From: Minisyncoccota bacterium | Lineage (GTDB): Bacteria > Patescibacteriota > Minisyncoccia > Phycocordibacterales > UBA9973 | Reading direction: 5' to 3' | Assembly (NCBI GenBank): GCA_041657885.1 | Contig: JBBABB010000002.1 | Span: 121,095 to 185,094, forward strand | DNA: 64,000 nt | Shown here: positions 18,782-28,524 of the stretch, one piece after another | Layout: every line of letters starts with the position of its first letter | Position numbering within the stretch: the stretch's first letter is position 1 | Notes under the pieces: model-generated | Database searches by the model: none | What the model was told of the DNA's origin: nothing | What the model saw: only the letters and a program-made list of their open reading frames with translations | Program-made: the position numbers and the translations under genes

Positions 18782-19624
18782 ATGAAAAAATTAAAAATTC
18801 TTTTTGAGGACAAAAATGTAATGGTTATAGATAAACCAGCGGGTATTGCAGTCCATGCCGATGCTCATACAAAAGAGAAAGATATAACCATGGCAGACCT
18901 TATTCTTGATTATGATAAAAAATTAGAAAAAGTGGGGGAGCCCATGGTTGTAGAATATATGGGCAAAGAAATAAAAATAAAACGTCCCGGTATTGTACAT
19001 CGATTAGACAGAGAAACTTCTGGTGTTTTACTTGTGGCCAAGAATCAAAAAACTTTTCTTTTCTTAAAAGAACAATTTCAAAATCACAAAATTAAAAAAG
19101 TTTACCAGATGTTTGTTTATGGTTTTGTTTCTGACCCGAAAGCTTCACTTGCGACGGGGAGAAGGGGAGTTATCAATGTCCCGATTGGACGCTCTCAGAA
19201 AGACATTCGCGCATATACGGCCGGGCGTGGAGCCAGGGAGCCATTGAAAGAAGCAGTAACGGAATATATTATTTTAAATAGATTTGAAACAGACCCTTCC
19301 CCAACCCCTTCCCTTGGCAGGGACGGGGCAAATTCAAACAAAGAAACTAAATTTTCTTATGTAGAAGCGTATCCTAAAACTGGTCGCACTCATCAAATAC
19401 GGGTTCATATGAGATACATCAATCATCCAGTAGTTTCTGACCCGCTTTATCGTGGGGCAAAAGAAAAAGCTCTAGGCATGAAGCGCCTTGCGCTTCATGC
19501 TTGTTCCATAACATTTTCTCTCCCTGCCTGCGCAGGCAGGCCAAGTGGTGAAGTTAAAACTATTGAATCACCTCTTCCAGCTGATTTCAAAAAAGTGATA
19601 AAAGAATATCTTCCATTAAAATAG
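18782..19624 (+). CDS. RluA-family pseudouridine synthase
   Basis: Catalytic motif HRLDRETSGVLLVAK, followed by HQIRVH; contains a Pro/Ser-rich insertion. Confidence 0.8.
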   Translation: MKKLKILFEDKNVMVIDKPAGIAVHADAHTKEKDITMADLILDYDKKLEKVGEPMVVEYMGKEIKIKRPGIVHRLDRETSGVLLVAKNQKTFLFLKEQFQNHKIKKVYQMFVYGFVSDPKASLATGRRGVINVPIGRSQKDIRAYTAGRGAREPLKEAVTEYIILNRFETDPSPTPSLGRDGANSNKETKFSYVEAYPKTGRTHQIRVHMRYINHPVVSDPLYRGAKEKALGMKRLALHACSITFSLPACAGRPSGEVKTIESPLPADFKKVIKEYLPLK

Positions 19625-19776
19625 CTTTTTTCGAAATGCACGGATATTTTTCTGTTGAAAAATTCCTCGTGCTCGGCTCGACAGCCTCCCAAGGCATTTC
19701 TCTAAAACTATTTTAATTACAGATATTAGGGGGATTGCTTAAAGAGAGCTTATGTGATAAAGTAAAACCCATGGAT

Positions 19777-19896
19777 CCCGTACGAAGTCTGCCAGTTTGT
19801 CTTTAAAAAGTACGGGAATTATTAATTTATAAGAGTTTATTTTTTATTAAAATTAATTAAAGTACGAAAATCTAAAGATTTTCTACTTCGTACGGG
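19777..19896 (+). promoter_or_regulatory. Candidate structured 5' leader of rplS: 12-nt inverted repeat whose 3' arm abuts the start codon
   Basis: cccgtacgaagt (19777-19788) and acttcgtacggg (19885-19896), followed by ATG at 19897; gtacg recurs 4 times in the leader. Confidence 0.35.
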
Positions 19897-20319
19897 ATGG
19901 AAATAACAGAAAAACAATTCACTCCAGTAAAACAAGAATCTCGGAAGAAGCTTGATTTTAAAGCAGGCGATACTGTTCGTGTTTGGAATAAGATTTTAGA
20001 AAAAGGTAAAACTCGTTTACAGGCTTTTGAAGGACTTGTTCTTTCTCGTAAACACGGAACTGAATCAGGAGCTACATTTACAATAAGAAAAGTTGCATCA
20101 GGTGTTGGGGTTGAGCGTATTTTCCCCTTATATTCTCCAAATGTTGATAAAATTGAAATAATTAGAAAATCAAAAACTCGCAGAAGTAAACTCTACTATA
20201 TAAGAACAAAAGCAGTGAAAGAAGTTAAAAAAAGATTAAAGAGTGTAACTCTTTCCGCTAAAAAAGAACCAAAAGAAGTTGAAACAGAAGAAATTAAAAC
20301 ACCTGCCAGCCCTCTTTAG
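19897..20319 (+). CDS. rplS: 50S ribosomal protein L19 with Lys-rich C-terminal extension
   Basis: [34 protein letters not shown]...[32 protein letters not shown] is the L19 signature. Confidence 0.85.
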   Translation: MEITEKQFTPVKQESRKKLDFKAGDTVRVWNKILEKGKTRLQAFEGLVLSRKHGTESGATFTIRKVASGVGVERIFPLYSPNVDKIEIIRKSKTRRSKLYYIRTKAVKEVKKRLKSVTLSAKKEPKEVETEEIKTPASPL

Positions 20320-20337
20320 GGAGCAGGCTGGGAAGAA

Positions 20338-20374
20338 TAAAAATCCATTTCACAAAAATGGATTTTTTTGATAG
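20338..20374 (+). terminator. Rho-independent terminator after rplS
   Basis: aaaatccatttcacaaaaatggattttttt: 9-bp stem plus T-run. Confidence 0.7.
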
Positions 20375-20385
20375 AGTTTAATTAT

Positions 20386-20468
20386 GCACGAGTGGAGAAA
20401 CGGTATACTCGCTGCCTTGAGGTGGCAGTGCTCGCAAGGGCGTGGAGGTTCAAATCCTCTCTCGTGCA
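20386..20468 (+). tRNA. tRNA-Leu (anticodon GAG)
   Basis: GCACGAG acceptor, anticodon arm CTGCC TTGAGGT GGCAG, long variable arm, T-arm GAGGTTCAAATCCTC, 3' CTCGTGC A. Confidence 0.8.
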
Positions 20469-20637
20469 CAAATGAAAAAACTCATGCTTTTGTATGGGTT
20501 TTTCATTTGTGCGCGGGAGCGAGACAACTGCTTGTCTCGTGTAGAGGATTTGAAAACCTTGAGCATACAATTTAAAATTTATTAATTTTAAATTGTGCGA
20601 AAGGTGTACAGAATCTGTAAGATTCAAAAAGCGTACT

Positions 20638-20690
20638 CGCGGTCCTCTCCCGCGCACAAAAAGCTATTCGTGGTCCTCTCCCGTGCACCA
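20638..20690 (+). repeat. Two tandem degenerate copies of the tRNA-Leu 3' end (att-like scars)
   Basis: tRNA 3' end tcctctctcgtgcaca versus tcctctcccgcgcaca (20643-20658) and tcctctcccgtgcacca (20674-20690): 14 of 16 matches each; each copy also forms a 5-bp hairpin around the loop tcctctc. Confidence 0.6.
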
Positions 20691-20833
20691 ATACGGAACT
20701 CATCGGTTTTTTGGAAGCCCAAATGCGGGACCTTACACTTGGTAAAAAGTAAAAAAGTTGAATAGCATTTTTGAATCAAAAATGCTATTCTTAAAGTGTC
20801 GATTTAATTGAATTATGTTAGTATTAAATTATT

Positions 20834-22201
20834 ATGAAATACAATAAAGGTTTTGCACCAATGGTTCTTCTTTTAATTGTCCTAGGAGTGGCGGTTGTCG
20901 GGGGTGTTATATATTATACAGGCAAAAGTCCAAAAATTTTACCTCAAACTGAAGAAAATAACTCACTTCAGGAAAATCAGAATGTTGTAAATAAGCCTGT
21001 GCAAGACAATCAGATAAAAAATACTACAGATAATATTTCATATATCAAAGTTGATAAAAATAATTCTGTTGTACTTGCTAACAATTCTTTTGCTTTTGAT
21101 GTTTTTTCTAAACTTATTAAAAAGGGAGAAAACACTTTCTTTTCACCTTTTAGTATTTCAAGTGCATTTGGAATGGTATACGAAGGAGCAAATGGTAAGA
21201 CAGCCGATGAGATACAATCAGTTTTTCATTTTCCAAAAGATATTAACATTCTTAGAACTTCATTTTCTTCAATAAATAATGAAATCAATAAACCAAACAG
21301 CGACTATCAACTTACTATTGCAAATGCTCTATGGGCGCAAAAAGATTACAAGTTTTTAGATGAATATTTTTCTAATGTAGATAAATATTACAGTGGGAAA
21401 GCAACAAATCTTGATTTTAAAAATGCTACAGAGGATGCGAGATTGACTATTAATAAATGGATCGAAGATAAAACAAACAGCAAAATAAAAGATATTCTTC
21501 CTCCAAAATCTTTGGATACTATGACCAAGCTTGTTTTAACCAATGCGATTTATTTTAATGGGAAATGGGACAAGACGTTTGATAAAAAAGAGACCAAAGC
21601 CGACACCACTTTCTTGTCTGACTCTGGAAATGATATAAAGGTTAATATGATGCAACAGTCTAATGACGATAAAACAATATTTAACTATACAGAAAATGAA
21701 AATTCACAGATGTTAGAAATGCCATACAAAGGAGATAAACTATCAATGATTATTGTTCTTCCAAAGGAAAATAACATAACTTCATTTGAAAAATTATTTA
21801 CTTTATCAAATTTTGACAATTGGAAAAAAAATCTAAAAAAACAGCGTGTGAATGTTTACATACCGCAATTTAAGTTTGGCATAAAATATCTAATGGCTGA
21901 TACTTTAAAATTAATGGGTATGCCCACTGCTTTTTCAGGAAATGCCGATTTCTCTAAAATGGATGGAACAAAGGACTTGTTTATTAGCAGTGTAATTCAT
22001 CAGGCTTTTGTTGATGTTAATGAAGATGGCACAGAGGCAGCAGCTGCGACGGTTATTTCTATGAATGCTGGATCATACTTTCATGAAGGACCTGTGATAC
22101 CGACATTTTATGCCAATCATCCATTTTTGTTTGTAATTCAAGATACGACAAATGGAAATATATTATTTATAGGCAAGATTGTAAATCCTAGTTTAAAATA
22201 A
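20834..22201 (+). CDS. Serpin (serine protease inhibitor) with N-terminal signal anchor
   Basis: Serpin hinge GTEAAAATV before the reactive-centre loop, NAIYFNGKWDKTF breach motif, C-terminal HPFLFVIQD. Confidence 0.85.
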   Translation: MKYNKGFAPMVLLLIVLGVAVVGGVIYYTGKSPKILPQTEENNSLQENQNVVNKPVQDNQIKNTTDNISYIKVDKNNSVVLANNSFAFDVFSKLIKKGENTFFSPFSISSAFGMVYEGANGKTADEIQSVFHFPKDINILRTSFSSINNEINKPNSDYQLTIANALWAQKDYKFLDEYFSNVDKYYSGKATNLDFKNATEDARLTINKWIEDKTNSKIKDILPPKSLDTMTKLVLTNAIYFNGKWDKTFDKKETKADTTFLSDSGNDIKVNMMQQSNDDKTIFNYTENENSQMLEMPYKGDKLSMIIVLPKENNITSFEKLFTLSNFDNWKKNLKKQRVNVYIPQFKFGIKYLMADTLKLMGMPTAFSGNADFSKMDGTKDLFISSVIHQAFVDVNEDGTEAAAATVISMNAGSYFHEGPVIPTFYANHPFLFVIQDTTNGNILFIGKIVNPSLK

Positions 22202-22203
22202 AT

Positions 22204-22467
22204 ATGCAATTTATTATTTACTTTATCGCCGGAGTAATCCAAGATTTTCTGCTTACACTCAACTGGCGTTTTATGGCAAAAGATAAGGCCATACTAGCTT
22301 CACTTTTCTCTTTTTTGACAACAATAATTTCTTTCGTGGTTTTGTATAATATTTTAACTAAACTTGACCAAGAACGTAGTATTATTGCAATTGTTGTCTA
22401 TTCTCTTGGTATTGCGGCAGGAACATTTTTAGGGATGAAAAACAAGTTTGGTATGAAAGACAAATAA
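22204..22467 (+). CDS. Hypothetical small membrane protein
   Basis: 87 aa, two TM helices, adjacent to the serpin. Confidence 0.3.
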   Translation: MQFIIYFIAGVIQDFLLTLNWRFMAKDKAILASLFSFLTTIISFVVLYNILTKLDQERSIIAIVVYSLGIAAGTFLGMKNKFGMKDK

Positions 22468-22527
22468 CCTTGCTCTTCATTTTCTATTTGTTCTCCCATA
22501 AATCGTATTTTGTAGTATAATAGTACT

Positions 22528-23100
22528 ATGCTTAATATTTTACTTTATGTATTACAAATTCTATTATTAATTGCTTTCTTTGTTACCGTAATTCTTTTTA
22601 TATTATGGTCAATAGGAAATTTTAAAAATAAAGTACCTTTTGTAACTACCTCCAATGCTATTTTGAAAGACATAGAAAAAGCACTCGAAGTTAAAGATGA
22701 TAGTGTTGTTTATGATTTAGGCTGTGGTGATGGGCGGGTCCTTTTATATCTCTCTCGTTTTAATAGAAATGCAAGATATATTGGAATTGAAAATAGCGCG
22801 TTTCCAATTATATTAGCTAGGTTTGAATCATTTTTAAATAAGAAAAAAACGGGTAACAAAGTGGAAATTATTAACAACAATTTCTTTAAACAAGACTTAT
22901 CAGATGCTACCCATATCTTTACATATTTATATCCAAATATAATGGATGAGTTACTTCCCAAATTTGAAAAAGAAGTTAAGCCAGGTACGCGTCTAGTGTC
23001 ATTGTCATTTAAGTTTGCACACAAAACACCAATTAATGAAATTGACCTAAAAAGGAGTAAATATAAACTTGGGCGCAAATTATATGTCTACCAATTTTAG
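22528..23100 (+). CDS. Class I SAM-dependent methyltransferase with N-terminal TM anchor
   Basis: Motif I VVYDLGCGDGRVLLYL; Rossmann-type spacing of later motifs. Confidence 0.5.
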   Translation: MLNILLYVLQILLLIAFFVTVILFILWSIGNFKNKVPFVTTSNAILKDIEKALEVKDDSVVYDLGCGDGRVLLYLSRFNRNARYIGIENSAFPIILARFESFLNKKKTGNKVEIINNNFFKQDLSDATHIFTYLYPNIMDELLPKFEKEVKPGTRLVSLSFKFAHKTPINEIDLKRSKYKLGRKLYVYQF

Positions 23101-23195
23101 TTTGAAGTGGACATGACTCGATTATTAAATCTCGCTGGACTGCATTTTTAACAAAATGGTTACATTTTAAAAAAATGGGAGTATAATGAAACTAT

Positions 23196-25526
23196 ATGAC
23201 AACCTCTGAATTAATTTCTTATATAAGAAAACAAATCAACAATAATATATCAAGGGATTTAATAATATCTAAACTTATTGAGGTGGGATGGCACAGGGAA
23301 GATATAAATGAAGGTTTTTTGAGTGTTGACCAATATCGTGAACCGCTAGAAGGAGATAATCTATTTGAGGCAAAAAAAGAACTACCCAAAATGGAAGTTT
23401 TTAATATAGAAATTCCCAAGGTAGAAACTCCTATAGCAGAAACACCAAAAATAGAAATCCCTAAAATAGATATTTTTAATATAGAAACCCCCGTAGTAGA
23501 AACCCCCGTAGTAGAAACACCCGTAGTAGAAACACCCGTAGTAGAAACCCCCGTAGTAGAAACCCCCGTAGTAGAAACCCCCGTAGTAGAAACCCCCGTA
23601 GTAGAAACCCCCGTAGTAGAAACCCCCGTAGTAGAAACCCCTAAAGTGTGGACTCCAATGAAGGTACCAATAATAGAAAAGTCGCAAGTAGAGGTTAGTG
23701 ATTTAGATTTGAAAACAGAAACAACCAAGATAGCAATTCAGAACCTAGAATTATCACCCCTACAGGGGATTTCTCATGCCTACGGCAGACCTCCCGAAGG
23801 GATCGGTCGTAGAGAGACAACCCAAAAAGAAGAAACCAAAAGCGAAGAACTCCTCCCGACTCTTATGCCTAAAGCGGTTGTTGATTCTTTTGGTTCTATT
23901 AATAGAGCCAACTTAATAAAAACAGAAGATGATACAATTGTCTCTAATGAAACTCCCAAAAGTTATTTAATTAATAATTTACCCAAAATAGCAATGCTCT
24001 CTTCTTATAAGAATGATTTATTATCTGCAACTAAAATAAAAGAAGAAATTGTTAAAAAGAAAGGTTTTAAAACAATTAAATGGGTTATTGTTGCACTTGT
24101 AGTTATTTTAATATCTCTAGCTGTGTGGGTATTTGCAAGTGGATATATAAATATTAAAAATCTGAATCTCCCTTTTATTAAGAAAGACCCAAGGGTCTTA
24201 TTGTTAAATAATTCAAAAGTTTTATCTTCTTTAAAATCATATAAAACAGAGACGAACATAGAAATTTTATCGCCTTCTTTTGCAAATATTGCCTCTGGGC
24301 TTATAAGTGGAGAAGCCATACCTTCACCGGATAAGGACTCTATTTCTATTAATGTTTTAGGATTAATTAATAAAAATGGACAAGGTGTATTCTCTGATAA
24401 TTTTGTGACAATTAAGGGTTCTTTATTGCCAGATTACATTACTACAGATATAAAAAATAATAGCTTAGATTTATTTATCTCTATTCCAGATCTTAGTCAG
24501 GTTATAAATGAGAATGCACCAGAACCAACCGTAGTTAAAATAAATGAGCAACAATTTGAGTTAGTTCCACCCTTATTCTCTCCAAATATTGAATTGCAAC
24601 TTAAAAAAATAAATATTTATAAAATCCTATCAAGCGGAATGCCATCTTATATTAACAATGACACACTAAGTGTTTATGATGAATTTATTAATAGTGTAGA
24701 TATAGTAGCAAAGGGACAAGAAAATATTAAGGGCATAGATACTTATCATTATTCAATAAATACTGATAGGCAATTAGCAAAAAATCTTTTAAATAAAATT
24801 TCTGATAATTTTATATTAAATCTTTCGGGTGATGATAAAGATAATTTGGCTCAAATTTTGGGCTCAATTACAATAGATTCATTGGAAATTTGGGTTGGGA
24901 AAGGAGATAATAATATTTATCAATATAATGTGGTTCTTGATGTGCCATTATCAAAAATTATAGGTTTTGAGGATAGAAGTATTGGAGATAATCAGTTAAG
25001 AATTACTTGGAAAACGACTTATTATGATTTTAATATATCAAATAATATATCCATACCAGATACATCTACTGCCATTACAGATTTTGTAAATGGTGTTAAG
25101 GAGACGAAAATAAAAAATGATGTTTCCTCTTTTAAACAACTTGCAACAAGTTTGTTCAATGCAGAAGGTGCTTATGGGAAAAAATCAAACTCAAGCGGTA
25201 GTTGTATGAACCCGAGTTCTGGTTCGTTATTTTCACCCACTGGTCATATTAAAGGTGTAACTACAACCACAGCAGTTAGCTCCATATCAGTATTATTAAA
25301 TAAAGTTTTAGGAATAACTGGTGGGGCTGGTTTCTGTTACTCCACACCAAAAGCTTGGTCATTTACAATTCCAATCTCTGATAATTATGCTCAAGCTTCT
25401 ATTCCAGTGGGAGGTTATACATCTTTCTTTTGTATTGACAGTACTGGTTCTACACAAGACCTTACAACTCCTCCAACTGGTGTCGTTTGTCTACCTAAGG
25501 TTAATCTTCCAAAGGAAGGTAATTAA
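23196..25526 (+). CDS. Large repeat-containing membrane/surface protein
   Basis: 776 aa; 10 tandem PVVET repeats, one TM helix around residue 300, large Ser/Thr/Asn-rich C-terminal domain. Confidence 0.45.
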   Translation: MTTSELISYIRKQINNNISRDLIISKLIEVGWHREDINEGFLSVDQYREPLEGDNLFEAKKELPKMEVFNIEIPKVETPIAETPKIEIPKIDIFNIETPVVETPVVETPVVETPVVETPVVETPVVETPVVETPVVETPVVETPVVETPKVWTPMKVPIIEKSQVEVSDLDLKTETTKIAIQNLELSPLQGISHAYGRPPEGIGRRETTQKEETKSEELLPTLMPKAVVDSFGSINRANLIKTEDDTIVSNETPKSYLINNLPKIAMLSSYKNDLLSATKIKEEIVKKKGFKTIKWVIVALVVILISLAVWVFASGYINIKNLNLPFIKKDPRVLLLNNSKVLSSLKSYKTETNIEILSPSFANIASGLISGEAIPSPDKDSISINVLGLINKNGQGVFSDNFVTIKGSLLPDYITTDIKNNSLDLFISIPDLSQVINENAPEPTVVKINEQQFELVPPLFSPNIELQLKKINIYKILSSGMPSYINNDTLSVYDEFINSVDIVAKGQENIKGIDTYHYSINTDRQLAKNLLNKISDNFILNLSGDDKDNLAQILGSITIDSLEIWVGKGDNNIYQYNVVLDVPLSKIIGFEDRSIGDNQLRITWKTTYYDFNISNNISIPDTSTAITDFVNGVKETKIKNDVSSFKQLATSLFNAEGAYGKKSNSSGSCMNPSSGSLFSPTGHIKGVTTTTAVSSISVLLNKVLGITGGAGFCYSTPKAWSFTIPISDNYAQASIPVGGYTSFFCIDSTGSTQDLTTPPTGVVCLPKVNLPKEGN
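23483..23642 (+). repeat. Tandem 15-bp repeat (about 10 copies) encoding (PVVET)n inside the CDS
   Basis: cccgtagtagaaacc / cccgtagtagaaaca units repeated head to tail, in frame. Confidence 0.85.
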
Positions 25527-25625
25527 CATTTTTATAAAATTTAATTTTATGGGAGACCCTAGATTTATGGGCGTTTTTTTGGTATAACTGTGTAATCACT
25601 CCAGTTTTAATATGGAGTAATTATG

Positions 25626-25700
25626 GTGCCTATAGTGTAATGGTTAGCACTAGGGTTTGTGGAACCTTCAGTTCGAGTTCAAATCTCGATAGGCACCCCA
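25626..25700 (+). tRNA. tRNA-His (anticodon GUG) with G-1 and encoded CCA
   Basis: Extra 5' G, acceptor GTGCCTA, anticodon loop TTGTGGA, T-arm CGAGTTCAAATCTCG, 3' TAGGCAC C CCA. Confidence 0.8.
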
Positions 25701-25727
25701 AAATAAAACCTGTGCTATAATCTATTT

Positions 25728-26234
25728 ATGCAACAAGGAACAAAAAACCCTAAAAGTTTGAAGTTAAACAAAAAAAAAGTAGTTATGGTCAGTGGTGGAT
25801 TTGACCCTATTCACATTGGGCATATTCGTTATATACAAGCAGCAAAGAAACTCGGCGATACATTAATTGTGGTTATTAATAATGATAATTGGCTTCGAAA
25901 AAAGAAAGGGAAGGAATTTATGCCCGCGGTTGAAAGGAAAGAAATTATTGAAGCCATATCGGGAGTTGATGAGGTTGTTATATCAAGTCACACTAAAAAT
26001 ACAAAAGATATGAGTGTTTGTAGAGAATTGATAAAAATAAAACCAAATGTTTTTGCAAACGGAGGCGATAGGAATAAAAAGAATGCGGGAGACCCAGAAT
26101 CTTCTTTGTGTAAAGATATAAATATGTGTAAAAGTTTGGGCATTGAAATGGTTTATAATGTTGGTAGAGGAGGTAAAGTAAGAAGTTCTTCCGAATTATT
26201 AAAAGAATATTCAAAACATATCAAATCAAAATAA
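25728..26234 (+). CDS. Cytidylyltransferase-like nucleotidyltransferase (TagD/RfaE-domain-II-like)
   Basis: VSGGFDPIHIGHIRYI matches the HxGH nucleotidyltransferase motif; about 165 aa. Confidence 0.55.
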   Translation: MQQGTKNPKSLKLNKKKVVMVSGGFDPIHIGHIRYIQAAKKLGDTLIVVINNDNWLRKKKGKEFMPAVERKEIIEAISGVDEVVISSHTKNTKDMSVCRELIKIKPNVFANGGDRNKKNAGDPESSLCKDINMCKSLGIEMVYNVGRGGKVRSSSELLKEYSKHIKSK

Positions 26235-26235
26235 T

Positions 26236-26886
26236 ATGAATATTTATAAAATTAATATTCCTAAATCTGTCATTACCCTTGCTATCCTTGCTATAGTGCT
26301 TAATCTTTTGCGCATTATTATTTGGGGAAAAATGTCTTTTGTTTATATTTTGTGGAATATATTTTTGGCTTTTATTCCTTTTATTATTAGTTCACTTCTT
26401 TTATCATTTTTAAATGAGGGGAAATTAAAAAAAATAATATTTATTTTTGGTATTATTCTATGGCTGATATTTATTCCCAATGCCCCTTATTTAATCACTG
26501 ATTTCATTCATCTTGGTACCACTCGCTCCATTCCTATAATTTATGACACATTACTACTTTTCAGTTCAGCATCAGTTGGTTTAATCCTTGGTTTTTTCTC
26601 ATTGTTTCATATTGAGCAAATTATTAAAATGCGATTATCAAAAAGAAAAACATCTATAATAATAGGAATAATTATACTCATAATTAGTTTTGGTATATAT
26701 TTAGGAAGGTTTTTGCGTTTCAATAGTTGGGATGTTTTTATAAATCACACTTCTTTAATTAAAAATGTTTGGAAAATATTTTCTCAATCAAAAACTCACA
26801 TAGAAGTATATCTTTACACCCTCCTTTTCTTTGTCTTTTTAGCCTTATCTTATAAGGCTTGGAAATATTCAAATACGAAACAATAA
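26236..26886 (+). CDS. Hypothetical polytopic membrane protein
   Basis: 216 aa with 5-6 TM helices, no motif. Confidence 0.3.
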   Translation: MNIYKINIPKSVITLAILAIVLNLLRIIIWGKMSFVYILWNIFLAFIPFIISSLLLSFLNEGKLKKIIFIFGIILWLIFIPNAPYLITDFIHLGTTRSIPIIYDTLLLFSSASVGLILGFFSLFHIEQIIKMRLSKRKTSIIIGIIILIISFGIYLGRFLRFNSWDVFINHTSLIKNVWKIFSQSKTHIEVYLYTLLFFVFLALSYKAWKYSNTKQ

Positions 26887-26905
26887 ACTTATATAACACA
26901 ATTTA

Positions 26906-27277
26906 TTGTGTTATACTCAAGGAATGAAGGACAATCTTGATATTTATGAAGAAAAAAGGCCATGGGGTCTTTTCCGCAGGTTCACAAATAATGAAATCTC
27001 AACTGTCAAAATTGTTACAGTTATGCCGAATGAAGAACTTAGTTTGCAAAGTCATAAGAATCGTTGCGAGTTTTGGCATGTTATTTCAGGTAATGGAACT
27101 GTTGAAATAGGGGAAGTTAAGAAAAATACAGTTGTAGGAGATGAACATGAGATAAAAGTGGGCGAAAAGCACCGTCTTTCCGCAGGCCCCGATGGGATTC
27201 AAGTGTTAGAGATTGCTATTGGAAATTTCGATGAGAGTGATATAGTTCATTATGAGGACAAGTATGGAAGAGTTTAA
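26906..27277 (+). CDS. Cupin-domain protein
   Basis: SLQSHKNRCEFWHVISGNG fits cupin motif 1, G(x)5HxH(x)3-4E(x)6G. Confidence 0.5.
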   Translation: MCYTQGMKDNLDIYEEKRPWGLFRRFTNNEISTVKIVTVMPNEELSLQSHKNRCEFWHVISGNGTVEIGEVKKNTVVGDEHEIKVGEKHRLSAGPDGIQVLEIAIGNFDESDIVHYEDKYGRV

Positions 27278-27282
27278 TATTT

Positions 27283-28518
27283 ATGGCAAAAAAAACTAAA
27301 ATTAAAACTAAAAAAGTTACAAAAAAAATCGCCTCATCGGCGACCCGCCGAAAAGGAGGGGTTTTTAAAGTGGCTAAAAAAACAAAAACCATCTCCGCCA
27401 AGGCTATGGCGAGCCGAAGAAAAATAATAAAAAAGAAGAAAATAACAAAAAAATTAGAAGAGCCAATAAAGCTTAAAAAATCATGGCAGAATCCGATTAT
27501 TAATCCAAGTTTTTATTCTTGGGAATCCCAAGCTGTTTTTAACCCAGCTGTTGTGTCTTCTGGTGGTAGGGTACATCTTTTTTATCGAGCTTTGGGAGAA
27601 GATGGAATCTCTCGCATAGGATATGCTTCAAGTAAAGATGGTATCAATTTTAACGAACGACTTCTTTATCCAGTCTATTTTGTACAAAATGTTGAAGAAA
27701 TGAAAAAACATTGGCCATATACTTCTCCCGCAAGACCTTCCTATGATAATGCACTTTATGTTTCAGGTGGGGGGTGGGGTGGTTGCGAAGACCCTCGGAC
27801 AGTATTGATAGATGGAACTATATATATGACCCTTAATATTTTTAATGGGTGGGATTCTATGCGAGTAGCAGTAGTTTCAATTAAAGAAGAGGACTTGTTA
27901 AATAAAAAATGGTTTTGGAATAATTTTTCTTATCTTTCCCACGAAGGTGATAGACAAAAGAATTGGGTTTTATTCCCTGAGAAAATTAATGGCAAATTCG
28001 CAATTTTTCACAACCTAGATAAAGGTGATTCAACAAGAGTTTCTATTGCTTTTGTAAACAACCTTGATACGTCGGAGACTCCATCTGGGCGTGATGCCCC
28101 CGACCCTCATACACTACCTGACCACATAGTAGCTTGGCACAAACGTACACGCAGTGCTGCTTCACCACCAATCAAAACTAAAGACGGCTGGCTCCTTCTA
28201 TATCATGCTATGGATAAAGATGGTTCAAACCGCTATAAATTAGGCGCACTTTTACTTGACCTAAAAAATCCTGAAAAAGTTCTTTATCGAGCGCAACATC
28301 CTATTCTTGAACCAGAGGAATGGTATGAAAACGATTGGAAACCAGGCATTATATATGCAAGTGGAGCTGTGGTAAAGGATGGAAAACTTTTAGTATATTA
28401 TGGCGGGGGAGATAAACATATCGGGGTAGCTTCAATTATGCTTTCTGATTTAATAAATAGTATAAAGAAAAATGGTAGAGTTAAACTAGAAAAAAATAAA
28501 GAACTAAGGTTTGAATAA
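27283..28518 (+). CDS. GH130-family glycoside phosphorylase-like protein with Lys-rich N-terminal tail
   Basis: NPAVVS...FYRALG...GYASSKDG and GWGGCEDPR blocks typical of GH130 (DUF377) beta-propellers; first ~60 aa are KKTK-rich; an alternative start at Met 27406 is possible. Confidence 0.6.
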   Translation: MAKKTKIKTKKVTKKIASSATRRKGGVFKVAKKTKTISAKAMASRRKIIKKKKITKKLEEPIKLKKSWQNPIINPSFYSWESQAVFNPAVVSSGGRVHLFYRALGEDGISRIGYASSKDGINFNERLLYPVYFVQNVEEMKKHWPYTSPARPSYDNALYVSGGGWGGCEDPRTVLIDGTIYMTLNIFNGWDSMRVAVVSIKEEDLLNKKWFWNNFSYLSHEGDRQKNWVLFPEKINGKFAIFHNLDKGDSTRVSIAFVNNLDTSETPSGRDAPDPHTLPDHIVAWHKRTRSAASPPIKTKDGWLLLYHAMDKDGSNRYKLGALLLDLKNPEKVLYRAQHPILEPEEWYENDWKPGIIYASGAVVKDGKLLVYYGGGDKHIGVASIMLSDLINSIKKNGRVKLEKNKELRFE

Positions 28519-28524
28519 AATTTT

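Noticed and set aside
20382-20657. ORF-track entries 20382-20657 (-) and 20384-20575 (+)
   Set aside because: They overlap tRNA-Leu and the hairpin-rich tRNA trailer; the translations are low-complexity and both are artefacts
20469-20830. SRP RNA / 6S RNA / tmRNA in the 360-nt tRNA-Leu trailer
   Set aside because: I could not find the SRP domain IV (GGAA...GNRA-type) or tmRNA tag-reading features; the region is better explained by hairpins plus tRNA 3'-end copies
23483-23642. CRISPR array
   Set aside because: The units are 15 bp with no spacers, in frame within a CDS; no cas genes are present in the window
23219-23728. Antisense ORFs 23219-23728 (-) and 23382-23687 (-) translating to (STTGV)n / (GGFYY)n
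   Set aside because: These are reverse-strand readings of the 15-bp tandem repeat inside the sense-strand surface protein gene; repeat periodicity keeps any frame open
25321-25587. ORF 25321-25587 (+)
   Set aside because: It overlaps the 3' end of the large surface protein gene in another frame and runs into the tRNA-His upstream region; no support
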